Source: Tubulanus polymorphus (lineage: Eukaryota > Animalia > Nemertea). Taken from it: DNA of 64,000 bases. Position 1 is the stretch's first letter, and every line of letters starts with the position of its first letter. The stretch spans positions 2,522,778 to 2,586,777 of the forward strand of contig NC_134030.1 in NCBI RefSeq assembly GCF_964204645.1, in the 5' to 3' direction. The notes under the pieces are model-generated. The model was not told the DNA's origin and ran no database searches. It saw only the letters and a list, made by a program, of their open reading frames with translations. The position numbers were made by a program, and so were the translations under genes. Below, in pieces: positions 50,819 to 64,000 of this stretch.

Positions 50819-51685
50819 GTTGTTGTTTTTTTCTTTATTCGTCTTTAACAGGAAGCGCTTAATGTCGATCACACGATACACGTCTAATTTCCGTCCATCA
50901 GAAACTGAAAATACACAACATACGCGAATCTATTAATCGTAATTAAACGAAGCGAATTCAAGCGAAATCAAGCGCTGAAACGCAATGCAAAGCGTTTTAA
51001 CTAATACCAAAAAAATACCTATGACAGAAACAAGTTTGGTGTCGAGAGAATTCGACGATTTATTTCTTACATTAATTCACGGCATTTCAAAGACATAAAT
51101 AATGACGGATGACTTTACCCTACTTTAACTTATTGTGTAATAAAAACAACGCGTAAAGGTGGCGAATTAGCCAATAATAGTAGAAATATCGCACTAATAA
51201 ACAAATACAACCTTGGTATCAGATGGCATTAATCTTTCCCATTGATCTGGACGAAGCAAACTCCATTAGGAAACTGGACAGACAGCTATAGGCAAAAATT
51301 ATCAAATTTGTGAAATGTTTGGTGAACTGACAAGTCCACGGGAAAAATGACGCGCACATGAGCCAAATTTGATGCCGCAGACTTTGCAGCTTGTTAGTAT
51401 AGGGAGCCATATTGTCAAAAGATCCTCTACCAGCAGTGTTCTTCATAACAAATTTCATTTTTACATCCACCCCTCTGAAAATCAGCTACCCCTTAAAAAA
51501 TATCTGCCAGAGAGGATGTCAATATTCTTTCTATCAATGCTGATAATTGATGCGAAAAATAGAAGATTACACTAAAATATAGCTTAATTTTCAGTATTTC
51601 CTGAGGATTGAAAGTTTTACTATTTCAGCAGCCACAATATCATACACTTAACAATAAATGAAGCTCCTTTAAAATTTCAGCATAC

Positions 51686-51910
51686 GGAGATCGCTGACCA
51701 GAGATCTCACTGACCGGAGATCTCACTGACCGGAGATCTCACTGACCGGAGATCTCACTGACCGGAGATCTCACTGACCGGAGATCTCACTGACCGGAGA
51801 TCTCACTGACCGGAGATCTCACTGACCGGAGATCTCACTGACCGGAGATCTCACTGACCGGAGATCTCACTGACCGGAGATCTCACTGACCGGAGATCTG
51901 ACCGGAGATC
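51686..51910. repeat. 16-bp minisatellite (~14 copies)
   Basis: Unit TCTCACTGACCGGAGA, nearly perfect. Confidence 0.95.
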
Positions 51911-54900
51911 CGAGGAAGCTACCTCTTATCAGCATAATCATTGATGACGTATATTTCTAACTGTTTATAAAACACTAGATTTCAATAATATTGTCGGTAT
52001 GAATAAGACAATGTCAATGTAGCGGTGAATAATGACAGGGTTGGTCTGTCGGTCTCGGTCGGTTGACATTGCGTTTATAACATGTGTCACTCTGTATTTC
52101 TACTGAAACATCTGCGTCATTCACAATGTTTAACGTTATGCATACATATTCTACGTCATTTATTTGATTTTAAATTTTAGCAAACGCAGTTGAATAATCA
52201 ACTATGAAACGCAGCGAAACGCGATTTATTGATGACAGTAAATTCCATCACAACTGGAGCAGCGAAATTTATTTGTCTTAGCACTGCTGACCGACCTGAT
52301 CAAAAAAACTTTTTTAAGGACTTCGTCTTTCGTTATCATATTTCGTTATGTTATATTTCGTTATATATATTTTCTCCATATCATCATCACAATGACATCT
52401 CCGAAAAGGATTTACATATCTCATCAATGGTGAAAACGATACCTCGTTTTTCCCAATCAGCGGCGTCACTTTCATAGCAATGAAATATGTAATCAGTTTA
52501 TTTCTATAGCTGCAGGGTCTGTTATTGTTAGCTTGATCATGATTTTTAAAACAGTAACGCACAGGGTAGATATATGACCTGCCGGGTTATCTGTTAAGTT
52601 CAGCAGACCGAGAGCAGGGTATCAATAGTTTTAGCCTAAATTGTAAAGCGACGGTTGAATTCGAAACGATTCTGGCAACGTTTCGAGAAGTGAATCAACG
52701 TCGAAAAATGGAACGAGATAATTTGAAATGTAAATGAATAAACGTCGTTTAACATGGATATCAGATTACACAATATTCATACATATTCCTGAACCCACCG
52801 TTACAAAAAGTCAAATAAATCAGCCGAGGCTCACGGCTCGATCTAGGGCTATGTATAAATGCCGTAATTCAACTGATTTCAAGATGGTCTTCAAAATGAA
52901 TGGCGCATTCGCGTGTGATTAATCAATTTTAACCACACCCATTTCACTCATTCGTCGATATAAATATAACACGTTCGTTCTCTAACAATTCAGTAAAATT
53001 AGTCTCATTTTCATATTCACAGAGGTTCAGTTTTTGTAATGCGTCATATAGCTGACAATAACCGAGACTACACTCGGGATGATTAGACCCGAGTCAAATT
53101 AGAGTGCGTTCTCACATAAATCCAGGGCCGAATCCAGAGACTAATTTTGAAGGACTTATCACATGTCTAAAAGGCATTTCGTTGTACAAAAAGGCAACGT
53201 GTACTCCCGCACTGAAATTCACCAATTATCTTTGTTGACAAATTGGAAATGGGCACACAAAAAAAATATCAAGGACTAGTACACGTCTCATTGGATCCAC
53301 TGCCCCTGGCCTTAGCTATGATGAGAATGGTCAGCCAGCCCAGGTCAAGAACACTGGTGTGATCGCGGCTTATACATAAGCCGTGATCACACGGAGAAGA
53401 TTTGGCCGGGCCAAATTGGCAGCGATCAGGCTCGGGACAAATTTGGCCCGTGCCTAATTAGAGAGCGCGTTCACACACAAACCATTCACTCGATACTAAA
53501 CAATGCTCAAAAACAAGGCTCGGGCCTATTTGGCACCCGTGTGAACAGTTGTTCCGGGCCACCAGGGGCAAAAATGCTCGTGTGATCGCGGCTATAACTT
53601 CAAGAGAACTGGTACCATGTGGCGTTAAGCTGACATTGTATCGATCAACATCGAATCAACATTTTAATCATCATTGAAATGTTGCTTATATTTCAATTTG
53701 TAGAGAGTTAGAATTATTTCGAAATACTATTTAGGAAGGAAACTCGCGTCCTCACTTGTAATATAATACTTATGTATAAAAGGGGTCACTATATCGACTG
53801 ATGTCTAGTCTATAAACGAGATGTCAGTGAAATATCGGAAAACAATATTTTCTAAACTTGTCGTTCTCTTTTAGAAGAACAGCGAATATGAATCATAATT
53901 GTGCATATCGATATTTATGCTGCGCGTTGTTGTTGGTAGGTGTAACTGAACCACATGTACAGCAGTATACAATACACCTAAACTCTATTGATATATACCG
54001 GTGACAGGAGATATATCCACCGTTCAGCTGCGAACAACACAGAAAATAAGGGTTACACTATGTATATGGGTACTCCATTGATTACAAAGGGCAGGGCTCC
54101 ATATTGCGGTATCACGAGGGTACTAGATTTTTTTGTAGGAATATTGAAAATTGAAATGAAATTATCCCGACAGAATATTATACATAAGAAATTTTCTGAT
54201 TTCACCATAAGAAGATGTTTGAATTGTTTTCTGTGTTTTGTTGATTAGAAAATTTAATGAAAGGCAAACCGGCAAACCAGCATGAAACTGACATAGTTCG
54301 CATCCTGATAAAATACTCTTTAGTCTCAAGCCTTGATTTTTAATATATCACCATTACAAGATGTGTTTTGATTCAATTGTTGCCAGTGTTTTTTCTTGAA
54401 ACCTCACCCAAAGGTAAACTAGGATAAAGGCAATATTAAGTAGTATTAGCGTTTATTCATCATGTACCCAACTACAGGAAATTTCCTAATCCAATATCGT
54501 CACTATTTTAGTACCTAACACATCAACACTATATATATATATATACCAATAAATACTTACAATTTGCGTCAAGCTGACTAATGATTTCATCGCATTGTAT
54601 TTCACTTTAACAATACTTTTTATCTCAGCTGTACTTTCCGTCTTTTCAATTGTCGTTTTATTTTTCCCCCAATTGAAACGAACAGACGTTTATCTCGTTG
54701 ATCACGACACAAATATTCAAAGAATTCTTTTTTTGTTTGTTTAAATGCTGCCTTTTGTAAAATGATACTCGTCAAAGCGAAAGGGTAAACTACAACTTGT
54801 TGACACTGTCTAGAAAACCCTTCCCAACTAAAAACATTGACATCTAGAGATCTGCTTGAAAAGAATGCTTCACGTCGTTGAAAAGAATAAAATACTCTTG

Positions 54901-56163
54901 TCAAATCGAAGCGTACCATTCTAAGTCGTTTTTCAGAGTGCATTTGACTCAGAAAACAACCGAACTAAAATCAATCCCACAACTGTGAAACTGGATCCAG
55001 TCAAATCAAAACCACACAACTGTAGAAAAGAGACTAATTGAACCCTCACAACTGTGGAACAGAATCCAGAGTCAAATTGAACCCTCACAACTGTTGAAAT
55101 GGATACAAAGTCGAATTGAACCCCAACAACTGTTGAACTTAGTCAGTGCATAGACACTCAAGACACTTAAACATGTACAAGTCCATGATGTAGCTGAACC
55201 TTCACAACTGTGGAAATGGATCCTCAGTCTCCCTTCAAACATTCACTAAATAAAGTCCACAGAAAACAGGACATCGTTATAATATTTGCGGAGCGTTGGT
55301 TTCTCGAATTACGTTGTGGTTACCACGGTTCTAATATAAAGAGCAAATATCATTGTTACAAAAAATTGTAATGGTTTATAACACGAAATATAGTGCCCTA
55401 CACATCACCCGTTACCATGGTTACATACCACTCGAATACTAAACTCAAACCTTCTCGAAAATGTAAGATATTTCTAATCGACTCGTCATGAAATGTGAAG
55501 TGATCCTCTTGATAAAAAGAAAATCATTGAGAAAACATCACATGGAGATTTGAATGTCAGGTTTTTCTGGCTTGATTGAAAATGTCAAGTTTTTCCGGTG
55601 ACGTTTCAAAGAATAACAGGATGGAACAGGAAGTATTTTTTGCTCTACATGACTAGAGATACAAATAACGTATTCGTATCAGAGTTAATCGTTCTTCTAG
55701 ACAAAATCCTGTTCACAGAAAGAATTAATGTTAACAACGATTCATTTTCATGGTCTCAATTATAGTCATCTTCTGGAAACTGTATTCCTAAGGATTACAG
55801 TATACGGCTGGCTGGGGAACTTAAGTGAAAATGTTAACTTCAAATAATATTAAAGCTCAAAGAAACATCAATAATTCATTTCGCTCTCCTCCGAATGAAG
55901 GATTTCGTCTTTCATTATCGTTACACCACCGACAAAACGTTTCATCGATATCGATAGATTGCGCATTTAAAACTGAAAATATGAACTCGAGAATATTCAA
56001 ATACTGACAGCTTTGTTACAGCCAGAGTTCAAGAGACAAAAATTACACAATCAATTCGTAGAAACAGTTGAAGTATGAAACCACTTGAATCAGGCTGTCA
56101 ACGTTCCGTCAACATTTCTGTCAACATTCTGGCAGCATTTCGATTTACAACCACACTCAATCT

Positions 56164-56400
56164 TACGATTGGTAGAACACTATATCCGTGTTGACGCGAT
56201 GAGGAGAGAATCCCACAATGAAAATAAAAAGTCCGAAAATGAAACTTCGAGATAGTAGTTTATTTCAACGTTTCGACTATATCCTAATAGTCATTATTCC
56301 TGAAGATGACTATTAGGATATAGTCGAAACGTTGAAATAAACTACTATCTCGAAGTTTCATTTTCGGACTTTTTATTATCATTGTGGGATTCTCTCCTCA
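56164..56400. mobile_element. Second copy of the fold-back hammerhead/Penelope-like element, opposite orientation; TSD CACTCAATCT
   Basis: 36-nt tail (56164-56199, reverse) plus inverted arms nearly identical to 23201-23427. Direct repeat CACTCAATCT at 56154-56163 and 56401-56410. Intact hammerhead on + at 56293-56340; the - arm is truncated inside the core. Confidence 0.8.
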
Positions 56401-57102
56401 CACTCAATCTGTTAAATATTTCATGCCGAATTAGAACAATTATACATCTATTTTATCGGTGCCGATTTCAAAATCATATTAATGTACCAATTATTCTAGC
56501 ATTATTGACTGCATAGTCATTAAAGGTTTGATACAGCTTCGACGTTATAAAGATTTTATCACGAAAGAATCGAATATCATCGGTAAGAGAAAAATGCAGC
56601 GGTGAATCAATAAACGATCGTTAAATACTTTATAAATAATGATGGCAGATCAAGGTCGGAAGCTGAACGGATATTAGACTGTGCCGAGCTGTGGCGAGTA
56701 ACATTTTATAGTCAATATACATCAGTTCGTGCCGGATCTGATGTGAGGTGTTTTGGTCGAGAATCTTAAATAAATAAAGACATCCGTGATAAAACAAAAA
56801 CAGACAGACAGTCTGTATAGACAATGAAATCAGACAGATTATGAATAGAGCCTGGCAGCATAACGAAGACCAAGGGAAACGAGAAGAGGCCGCCTGAAAG
56901 TCACCCGGAGACGAGCAATGGCCGGCAAGCTAAAACTAATGGGGCTGAGATGGGACAAAGCGCTGCGGGTAACTAAACGATTGAACAAATAGATAATGTT
57001 GAGACGAGAAGATACACAATATCCGTGTAAGAAGATAACAAGAGAAATCCCACAATAAGTTCAGCCAAAACGAGAAACTTGAATAGAAGAGTTATATATA
57101 TT

Positions 57103-57146
57103 TGCGCAACGTTTCGGCTAAAGACTATTAGCCATCATCAGGCGTA
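57103..57146 (-). ncRNA. Minimal hammerhead ribozyme of a related pLTR subfamily
   Basis: The reverse strand reads acgc-CTGATGA-t-ggctaa-tagtct-ttagcc-GAAAC-GTT-gcg. Downstream sequence shares aagtttc, attgtgggat and acacggatat blocks with the 23201/56164 element. Confidence 0.72.
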
Positions 57147-60100
57147 CTGAGTACAGGAGAATATTACAAGATATTTATACAAGACCAAAACAATAGAAGC
57201 AGAGTGAGTGATTAAAATATTGAAAGGGGAATAGATTAAAGTAATGACATAACATGTGATAATGTGTTGCTGTGTCCCACTGCGGGATCAAGAGCATCAA
57301 TATACATCGAATAAACTTTTCCAGTTCGTCCTGATAAGTTTTAACCGCAAGATCGATCGACCTTGGAGTAATCATTGAATTCAATGATTACTCCAAGGAT
57401 TGACTTTCATGGTTTCAAAATCAAAAAAATCTTTATCAACGACTGCTAGAGATGTGTGGAGCTAAATAAAGAAAATCAGCTTCATACTTTAATCTTGGGT
57501 ATTATCAATGGTTGGCCTAGTTTAACAGGCCAGACTTACTAAGTCCGAAAGCTGCAGTGACAAGTTTCACAAAAACAAGTTGAACTCTTTAAATCAATTC
57601 AATTTCTTATCATTGCTTTCGTAATGTTGTTTGCAAACTAGATCATAGACCTGACTGGTTTACTGGATCAAAATCTTATCTAAATCGCACAGCAGACTAC
57701 CCCTTAAAGTGAGTAATTTAACATCAAAAATAGCAGTTAAATTCAACATGAACTAGAAATTATTCTGATTTTGGTATTTCGATATATTTGGGGGTAATTG
57801 AAGTCTCAAAAAGAGACAACAAAAACTTTAAAAACTACGTCTCTCAAATGGTAGTCATAGTCAGGTGTGAAACCGTAATTGGGTAAGTTCTATTTTGTTA
57901 CCTATACAGTAACTTAGTTCCCTATCGATTTTATGAATATATTAAACATAGTTGAATTGTTTAACTGGAGCGTTGTGTAAACTCCCTCAGCCAGTATAAA
58001 GTAATTATGAAATGGTGACAGCTGATAATTATTTCTGAAATCAATTATGGCTTTAAGTGTTCAATGTGAGAAAGCGACATATAAGCTGTACCCTGGTAGG
58101 TAACATTATAGCCAACTACAATAAATCAACTACTAATCATTTTAATTATAAAATTCCAACACAGTTTACAAGGACCGGACTGCGGGTAATCATCAGTGAA
58201 AAACTCAGTGAGATGTTATATTGATTGGTTAAAACTCAGTCTAAGTTCATCTTGGTTCTATAACCGATCTAACAGCTTCAGACCAGCCTCAGCTCATTTT
58301 GGTTCTATAACCAATCTAACAACTTAGAGACCTGTCTAAGTTGTTCTATAGCCACTTAACAACTTAAGACCAGTCTATGCCAAACATTTTGCGTTAGAAA
58401 ATAAGAACTTTTATTCAACGAATCAATTCAAATTTTTGTGTCTATTTTGGAATCCATTTAATGGTAGGTATATTGATGGAGTGTAGATTATATCCGGTGT
58501 AAGCAGTAGTGATTCATCACACTCAATCTCATTGGGTGGAGTTCTCTGTCAGACACCTAATTTAGGAGACCCATTAATACTGTTTTATACACAAACCGCA
58601 AGATATTTCCTTGAGTCAGACACATTTTCCTGAAACTGACACTCTGGACCCAGTTCCACAGTTGAGTCCACCTCATAACTGCGGAACTGGTTCACTGTAT
58701 CTTCTTATAATGTATTGCTGTATTGTTTTGGGTTATCGTTTTATACTATAAATGGAATGATATAATATCAGATTAAAATTTGTTCTGAAATAAGGTAAAG
58801 TAAAGTAAAGATGTTTGGAAAATGTATGAGAAGTCGAATACTTATAGTGAAATTAACCTCCGTAAAGAAGTCCTGACAATTTGGTTCCGTCAAAAAAAAA
58901 CTGACCACACTTTCATGAGTCGTAGAAAGATATTATCTTCTATGAGTTCTGTAACATATCATCCTGACTGAACTAGAAGCCAAGTGATGTTGTTGCCTGT
59001 AATTTCTGTCCGTTTCAGCAAGGCTTTACCTCCCATGAGATATCTGCTGATATCTTTATCGACAGTCGTTTTCAACCTATAGACTGAACGACCCTTATAG
59101 AATAAAAAGTTAATAAATAACCTTCAGGTGGGTTAGGGTCTATGCAGGTCCCCCATATATTGAATTACACAATCTGTGCACAGCCAAGTAATAGGTTTCA
59201 TAAATCATTTTCATGAAATCAGTCAATCATCGATATAATTACCATCTTTATTACTCTTTACGTAATAAGGCGTCTGATATTAACTCCACGTGGTTTATAT
59301 GTACCGAGGGATGTATTAGTAATTAAAACTATACCGTGAATTATTAATGAAAATTTTAAAAATCAGTCTTTATCGCAATTGGAATTCAGTGTAGAATGTA
59401 CGTATATGCGCGTATGTATTTCAGTTCATGGCAGGATTTACATTACACCGGCGAATTTACATATTGAACAGAATACATGACAATGAAAATGATACTATGA
59501 ATTAATTTTTAAATTGTGAATTGAATTCAATTGAAGCTAGCACATCGGGGTTGTTTTTTCCATAAAGTACGTACAAATCAATGGGGGAGATGAAGGCTAA
59601 GTTAGAAACACAAGGCAATGGCTGATCCAGCAATATAGAAGGGGGGTACCCAAACTTTCCCAGGCCAAGTTTTGTAAACAATAAGCCCCATAGATTTGGG
59701 GGTTATCTTTGAAAAAACTTCAAAATATTAATCATTTTCTGATCATCTAGAAAAATGATGTTAATACAATGATAGGGGTCCACCCTGGGTTAAATAGACC
59801 TTTCCCTGCACGGAGAAAGCACTTACGCGCCATCTGTGGCAAAGAAAGAGGAACCAAGATGCTCACTTTTCTATATGTATATAATGGTTAAAATTGTAGG
59901 CAGTTTAAGGAATCTAGCATAAAATCGGTCTGAGATGATTTCTAAAAACCAGAGCCCGGTTTCATAGACTTAGTATCGAAGTTATCCCTAGGGTAAAATC
60001 CTCAATCTGGGTGACAACCACCATACTAACAATGGTTATAACTGACAAATTTCAAAATGTTCCAAGGGACTATTTTTCTTCCACATCTATGAAACCCAGC

Positions 60101-60529
60101 CTAGTTATATAAATATATTTATCCGGAATTTGAAGGCTTATTTTATTGAATATGAAATTATAATACACTTTTATCGAAACAGCAACTAAGTCTTCTTTGA
60201 AATAGAAAAACTAATATATACCCATAGACTAGTGTTGATAATACAGGGATCGATATTAGAATTCAATAATTTCTACGAAAATATCAGCCGCGCAAATAGA
60301 TTATAACGAATGAGCGAGCGTACGTCATTGTTTCGATTGTTGCGTCTGCGTCATAGAAACGGGAGTCTGATTCAGGGTTCGTTCTGTATGTGCTGTACGT
60401 GAATCAACATACGAACGAAAAAGTGACATCTGTTCCAAATAGATGACGTTCATTTATTTGGTATCGTGTTTTTTGTCCATTAAATCACACGCATTGCCTG
60501 TCAGGCAAATCTAGCGTGTGTTGCATACA

Positions 60530-60947
60530 CAGGGTTTCCAGTGGTAAGGCCAGGGTAAAAAGAAGTATTTTTTCGGCAATTTAAGAGCCAAGAGGAGGGA
60601 CTTTTTTACACGGAAAGAAGTACTTTCCAGTAAAATGAGGGCCCATAAAGGAGCATTTTCGGAATGCTTTTGCCGGAATACTAGTTATGTAGACCTGTCA
60701 TACATCTAAAGGTAATTCCATAGCACTTTCCTGTAGATTAAATCTTACTGATAATTGAATAACCAGGCCTGAGTAATGTAATACTTCAACGGTTGGCGAC
60801 AAAATTGCCCGCAAAAATACATAAAAATCAAATTTGGAAGGACTTCTTTATCAAAAGGAAGGACTTAGAGTCAAAAAGAAGGACAAAGATGATGTTTGTC
60901 CAAACTTTTTCCAAAAGAAGGACTTGGAAGGACCGCTGGAAACCCTG
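60530..60947. mobile_element. Non-autonomous DNA element with CAGGGTTTCCAGyGG TIR (hAT-like ends)
   Basis: cagggtttccagtgg ... ccgctggaaaccctg; no clear TSD seen. Confidence 0.55.
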
Positions 60948-60954
60948 ATGCAAT

Positions 60955-60957
<3 letters not shown>

Positions 60958-61026
<69 letters not shown>
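60958..61026. repeat. (AT)n microsatellite
   Basis: Visible directly in the sequence. Confidence 0.97.
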
Positions 61027-61029
<3 letters not shown>

Positions 61030-63629
61030 GGCCACGTAAAACAGCTATTAGGGGTATAAGATAGTTCGTGCTACACAAATGCTTCAATCAGCCAAGGAGC
61101 CAAGGAGCCATCCTTTTAGTTGCTGATTTTTTAAATTTGAAAAAAGGAATATTGTCCTGAGATATGTATGTATTTGTCGCATACCCCTTTGTATCCAATA
61201 CTAAAAGTTATATAGGAAAGATATCCTCAATGTAACAACAGGTCGAATAAAACACACTAATGTGTAAATGAAGTAGTCCCACAATTATTCTAATTCTACC
61301 AATTTTTTAAATAAAACCACAACGTTTTGACTGTTGACTAACATCTCATCAAAGTAAATAAACAGTTTTTTCCCTATAAAGGTTCTAATGGCCATTTCTT
61401 TTTAGATCCTGAACAATTCCAAGCGTTGTTCCAGTCATTGGGTTGGGTTCTTTTCGTCGTGGTTCATATTGGAAGTTATAACGACAAAAAATAAATAATG
61501 GATTAAAAGAGAATTGTAAAATTCGATATTACAAGTGGCCATACACCTGCTTGATAAGTATCGCTTATTGAGTCCCCACCCCTCCAACAGCTGCACAAAA
61601 CTGACTTGTTTCAAATTATAAATCATCAACTCAGAATATTATAATATCTTAACGCATGGAAATAAATGTCTATAAATTAATATCTAAAATTCGAGAAATG
61701 AGTATTTCTTCTTAAGTCTGTCAAAAGGGCACTGCCAAAAAATTACTAAAACTAATTTTCCCAAAAACTGCCTGTCGCAGACCCCAGTATCCAGGTATCC
61801 TACCTAGGTACCAGTTCTGAATAAAAAATGTTTTAATACTGGTCTATAGGATACTGGGTCAAAAAGGACCAGTGGCAATTGACACAACAGCGTGACATTC
61901 ATGATATTGGTGTTTATTTTGCACAACAGATTTGATTTGTTAATTAACACTATACATTATACTAATTACTAATTAGAACGTAATTAATCCCATTAGACCT
62001 GCCATCCTCGTGATCATTTGGGCCTCATCATTGATCTATAGATTTTTTTATTGGAGGTCTCCAAGTCTCAGAGACCGATATCACGACTCAGTTGTAACTT
62101 CTTAACCGCTTAATGGGTTTTTTAATCAGAACTCTTACCTTAATTTTCGGTCGCGTTCAATAAGCGTTCGACCCGTTATTCCCGTATTGAGTAAATACAG
62201 CGAGTGTATTACGTTTATATGACTAGCCAGGCGCGCGAGCGACTGTCAGTATAGTTTTATACCACGACGACGCACATGCTGCTAGCTGCTGTATGTAACA
62301 TACAACATCTGGTATCAGCTGTTGATTATAACTCTATACACGGCACACACACTGCGCAGCAAGTACACTGCACTGCAGTGAGGTAGAGGGAATCGGCACG
62401 CGTTACCTGGTGACAGAAAAATTGTCGAGTCGATATACTACCTAGATGATGAGTCACATAGGATATCTGCCGCCCTCCAGGAGCATCTTTCATCAAGCGA
62501 ATTTCATGGCCCGCGCTCGCGGGTAATCCCCATCGCCGCCTTCAACTAAATCGAAGATGGCCAGGGCTTGTACTTTCACGGAATATTACTAGGCCCAAAA
62601 ATCATAATGGCTGAGCAAGTATACCAGTAGTAATCGAGATTTGGCTGTACAGTTTACGCGTTATAATTTAGAGTATGACAATTAATAAACTCAAGTGATA
62701 GCCCCACTCTCGTTCACTTAAGGTGAATATCCATCATTTTATGAATGGGGAAATAGAATTCTAAAATTTTGTGTTCATTATAAATAAAAAATTTAAAAGA
62801 AATAATGTATCAATTATGAAAAAAATGAATAAGTCATATAAAGTAATGATGATAATAATGTAGATAAAAAATACAAACAATAATGTAGATGAATGAAATT
62901 AGTTACATTGTTTACCTTACGAGTTAAAGATAGTCGAAAAAATATCTTGTATTTTGTTGAATTTTTGTGTAGAATTTGCTTGCTTTTGTATTGATCGAAA
63001 AGGTCAATTAAATAATATATGCCAATCAAATTATTGTGAGTTTTTGATTTTTTGTTTGGAAACCAGTTTTTAGTCCAAAAATGGTTTGCTGATACGTCTT
63101 GTTCCATAAAGTCTATGCTATTATAGTTTCCACCCGTTACTTGTTGTAGATCCGTCGGTTCATGACTGCTGATGACCAAGTATATAGAAATCTGCATGCA
63201 GTTGGACCCTGTCTCCGCTCTCGGCCTGGTTCCAGCGATCCCCTCGGCCTGGTTCCTGCCTCTCAGTCAGGAGACTCTAGGGCCCAGTTGTGCAGTCGGG
63301 ACAAGTTCAAAAGTGGTGTTCGGTTGTAAAATTGGCTATATAACTAATTGTTGGCCTTAGACTGGTCTAAGCTCGGACTTAGCAATTGGCATTTATTATG
63401 GCTTGTTTTGGTCGATTTGACAGATCCAAAATGGCGGATTTTTGAATCGTAGTTAGGCCTGCTGTACTTCTGGCTGGTCACACTAATTAGCATCAACTGT
63501 CAACAGGCCCAGTGTAACGTGCAGTGTTGTATTGGTTTTGCCGTTGATATAATCGCATAGTCGGCGGACCAGTTAGTGGGATTATTTATTGGGTTGAAAA
63601 AAAGAAATAGATTGCAAGATTAACATGCA

Positions 63630-63763
63630 GGGGCTCCTATCAGAGTTGTAGGCAGTGTAAAAACGATCTGTTAATCCAGTGTTTATAATGAATGTAAAAT
63701 AACAGACACTGGATTAACAGATTATCGTTTTTACACTTCCTACAACTCAGTGATACGAGCCCC
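63630..63763. mobile_element. Small palindromic MITE
   Basis: ggggctcctatcagagttgtaggcagtgtaaaaacgat/ctgttaatccagtgt is mirrored by acactggattaacag/atcgtttttacacttcctacaactc...gagcccc. Confidence 0.65.
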
Positions 63764-64000
63764 CGTGGAATAAAATACCATTAGGATCCCTGGGTGAAAC
63801 TGATTGGTCAACAGCAATGCCCACAGCCCAGTTTCATATGGTTTAACTCATAAATCGATTTAATTTCATTAATTCAGTTAACCTTAAATCGATTTAGGCC
63901 GAGTTGCTATATAAAACTTAACAAATTTCAAAATCAATCATATTTATTATTTACATACAACAATTATACAAAATGCCAGGAGTGCTCGAGGAATTTTAAC

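Noticed and set aside
52000-64000. Short ORFs upstream of the receptor gene (e.g. 54620-54943, 62814-63197)
   Set aside because: No recognisable domains or phase-consistent exon chain; likely non-coding, UTR or regulatory DNA with repeats.

Overview
AT-rich, intron-rich animal genomic DNA (an invertebrate by inference; no prokaryotic features, no CRISPR). I built four spliced genes by hand from GT-AG junctions with consistent phases. (1) A small, probably stand-alone CS/p23-like protein on + (915-2068), not recovered by the ORF track. (2) CCT5, chaperonin subunit epsilon, on - (9 exons, 536 aa). (3) ATP6V1F, V-ATPase subunit F, on + (5 exons, 122 aa), head-to-head with CCT5 across ~450 bp. 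(4) A 46-exon, ~2300-aa single-pass MUC4/SUSD2/Mesh-related protein on - (16946-50818): signal peptide, 14 EGF, NIDO, AMOP, VWD with GDPH, ~10 EGF, SEA, 3 EGF, TM, and a tail with NPxF/NPxY. Its SEA domain has an RRKR furin loop where the GSVVV self-cleavage motif normally sits, and its EGF array is still growing through a recent 868-bp duplication. Introns and intergenic DNA hold many MITEs, a tRNA-derived SINE and several minisatellites, which explain all of the longest ORFs in the track. Most notable is a family of ~240-265-bp fold-back insertions with target-site duplications, made of inverted minimal hammerhead-ribozyme units plus a 36-38-nt tail (Penelope-like pLTR architecture), with diverged relatives that show stem covariation.
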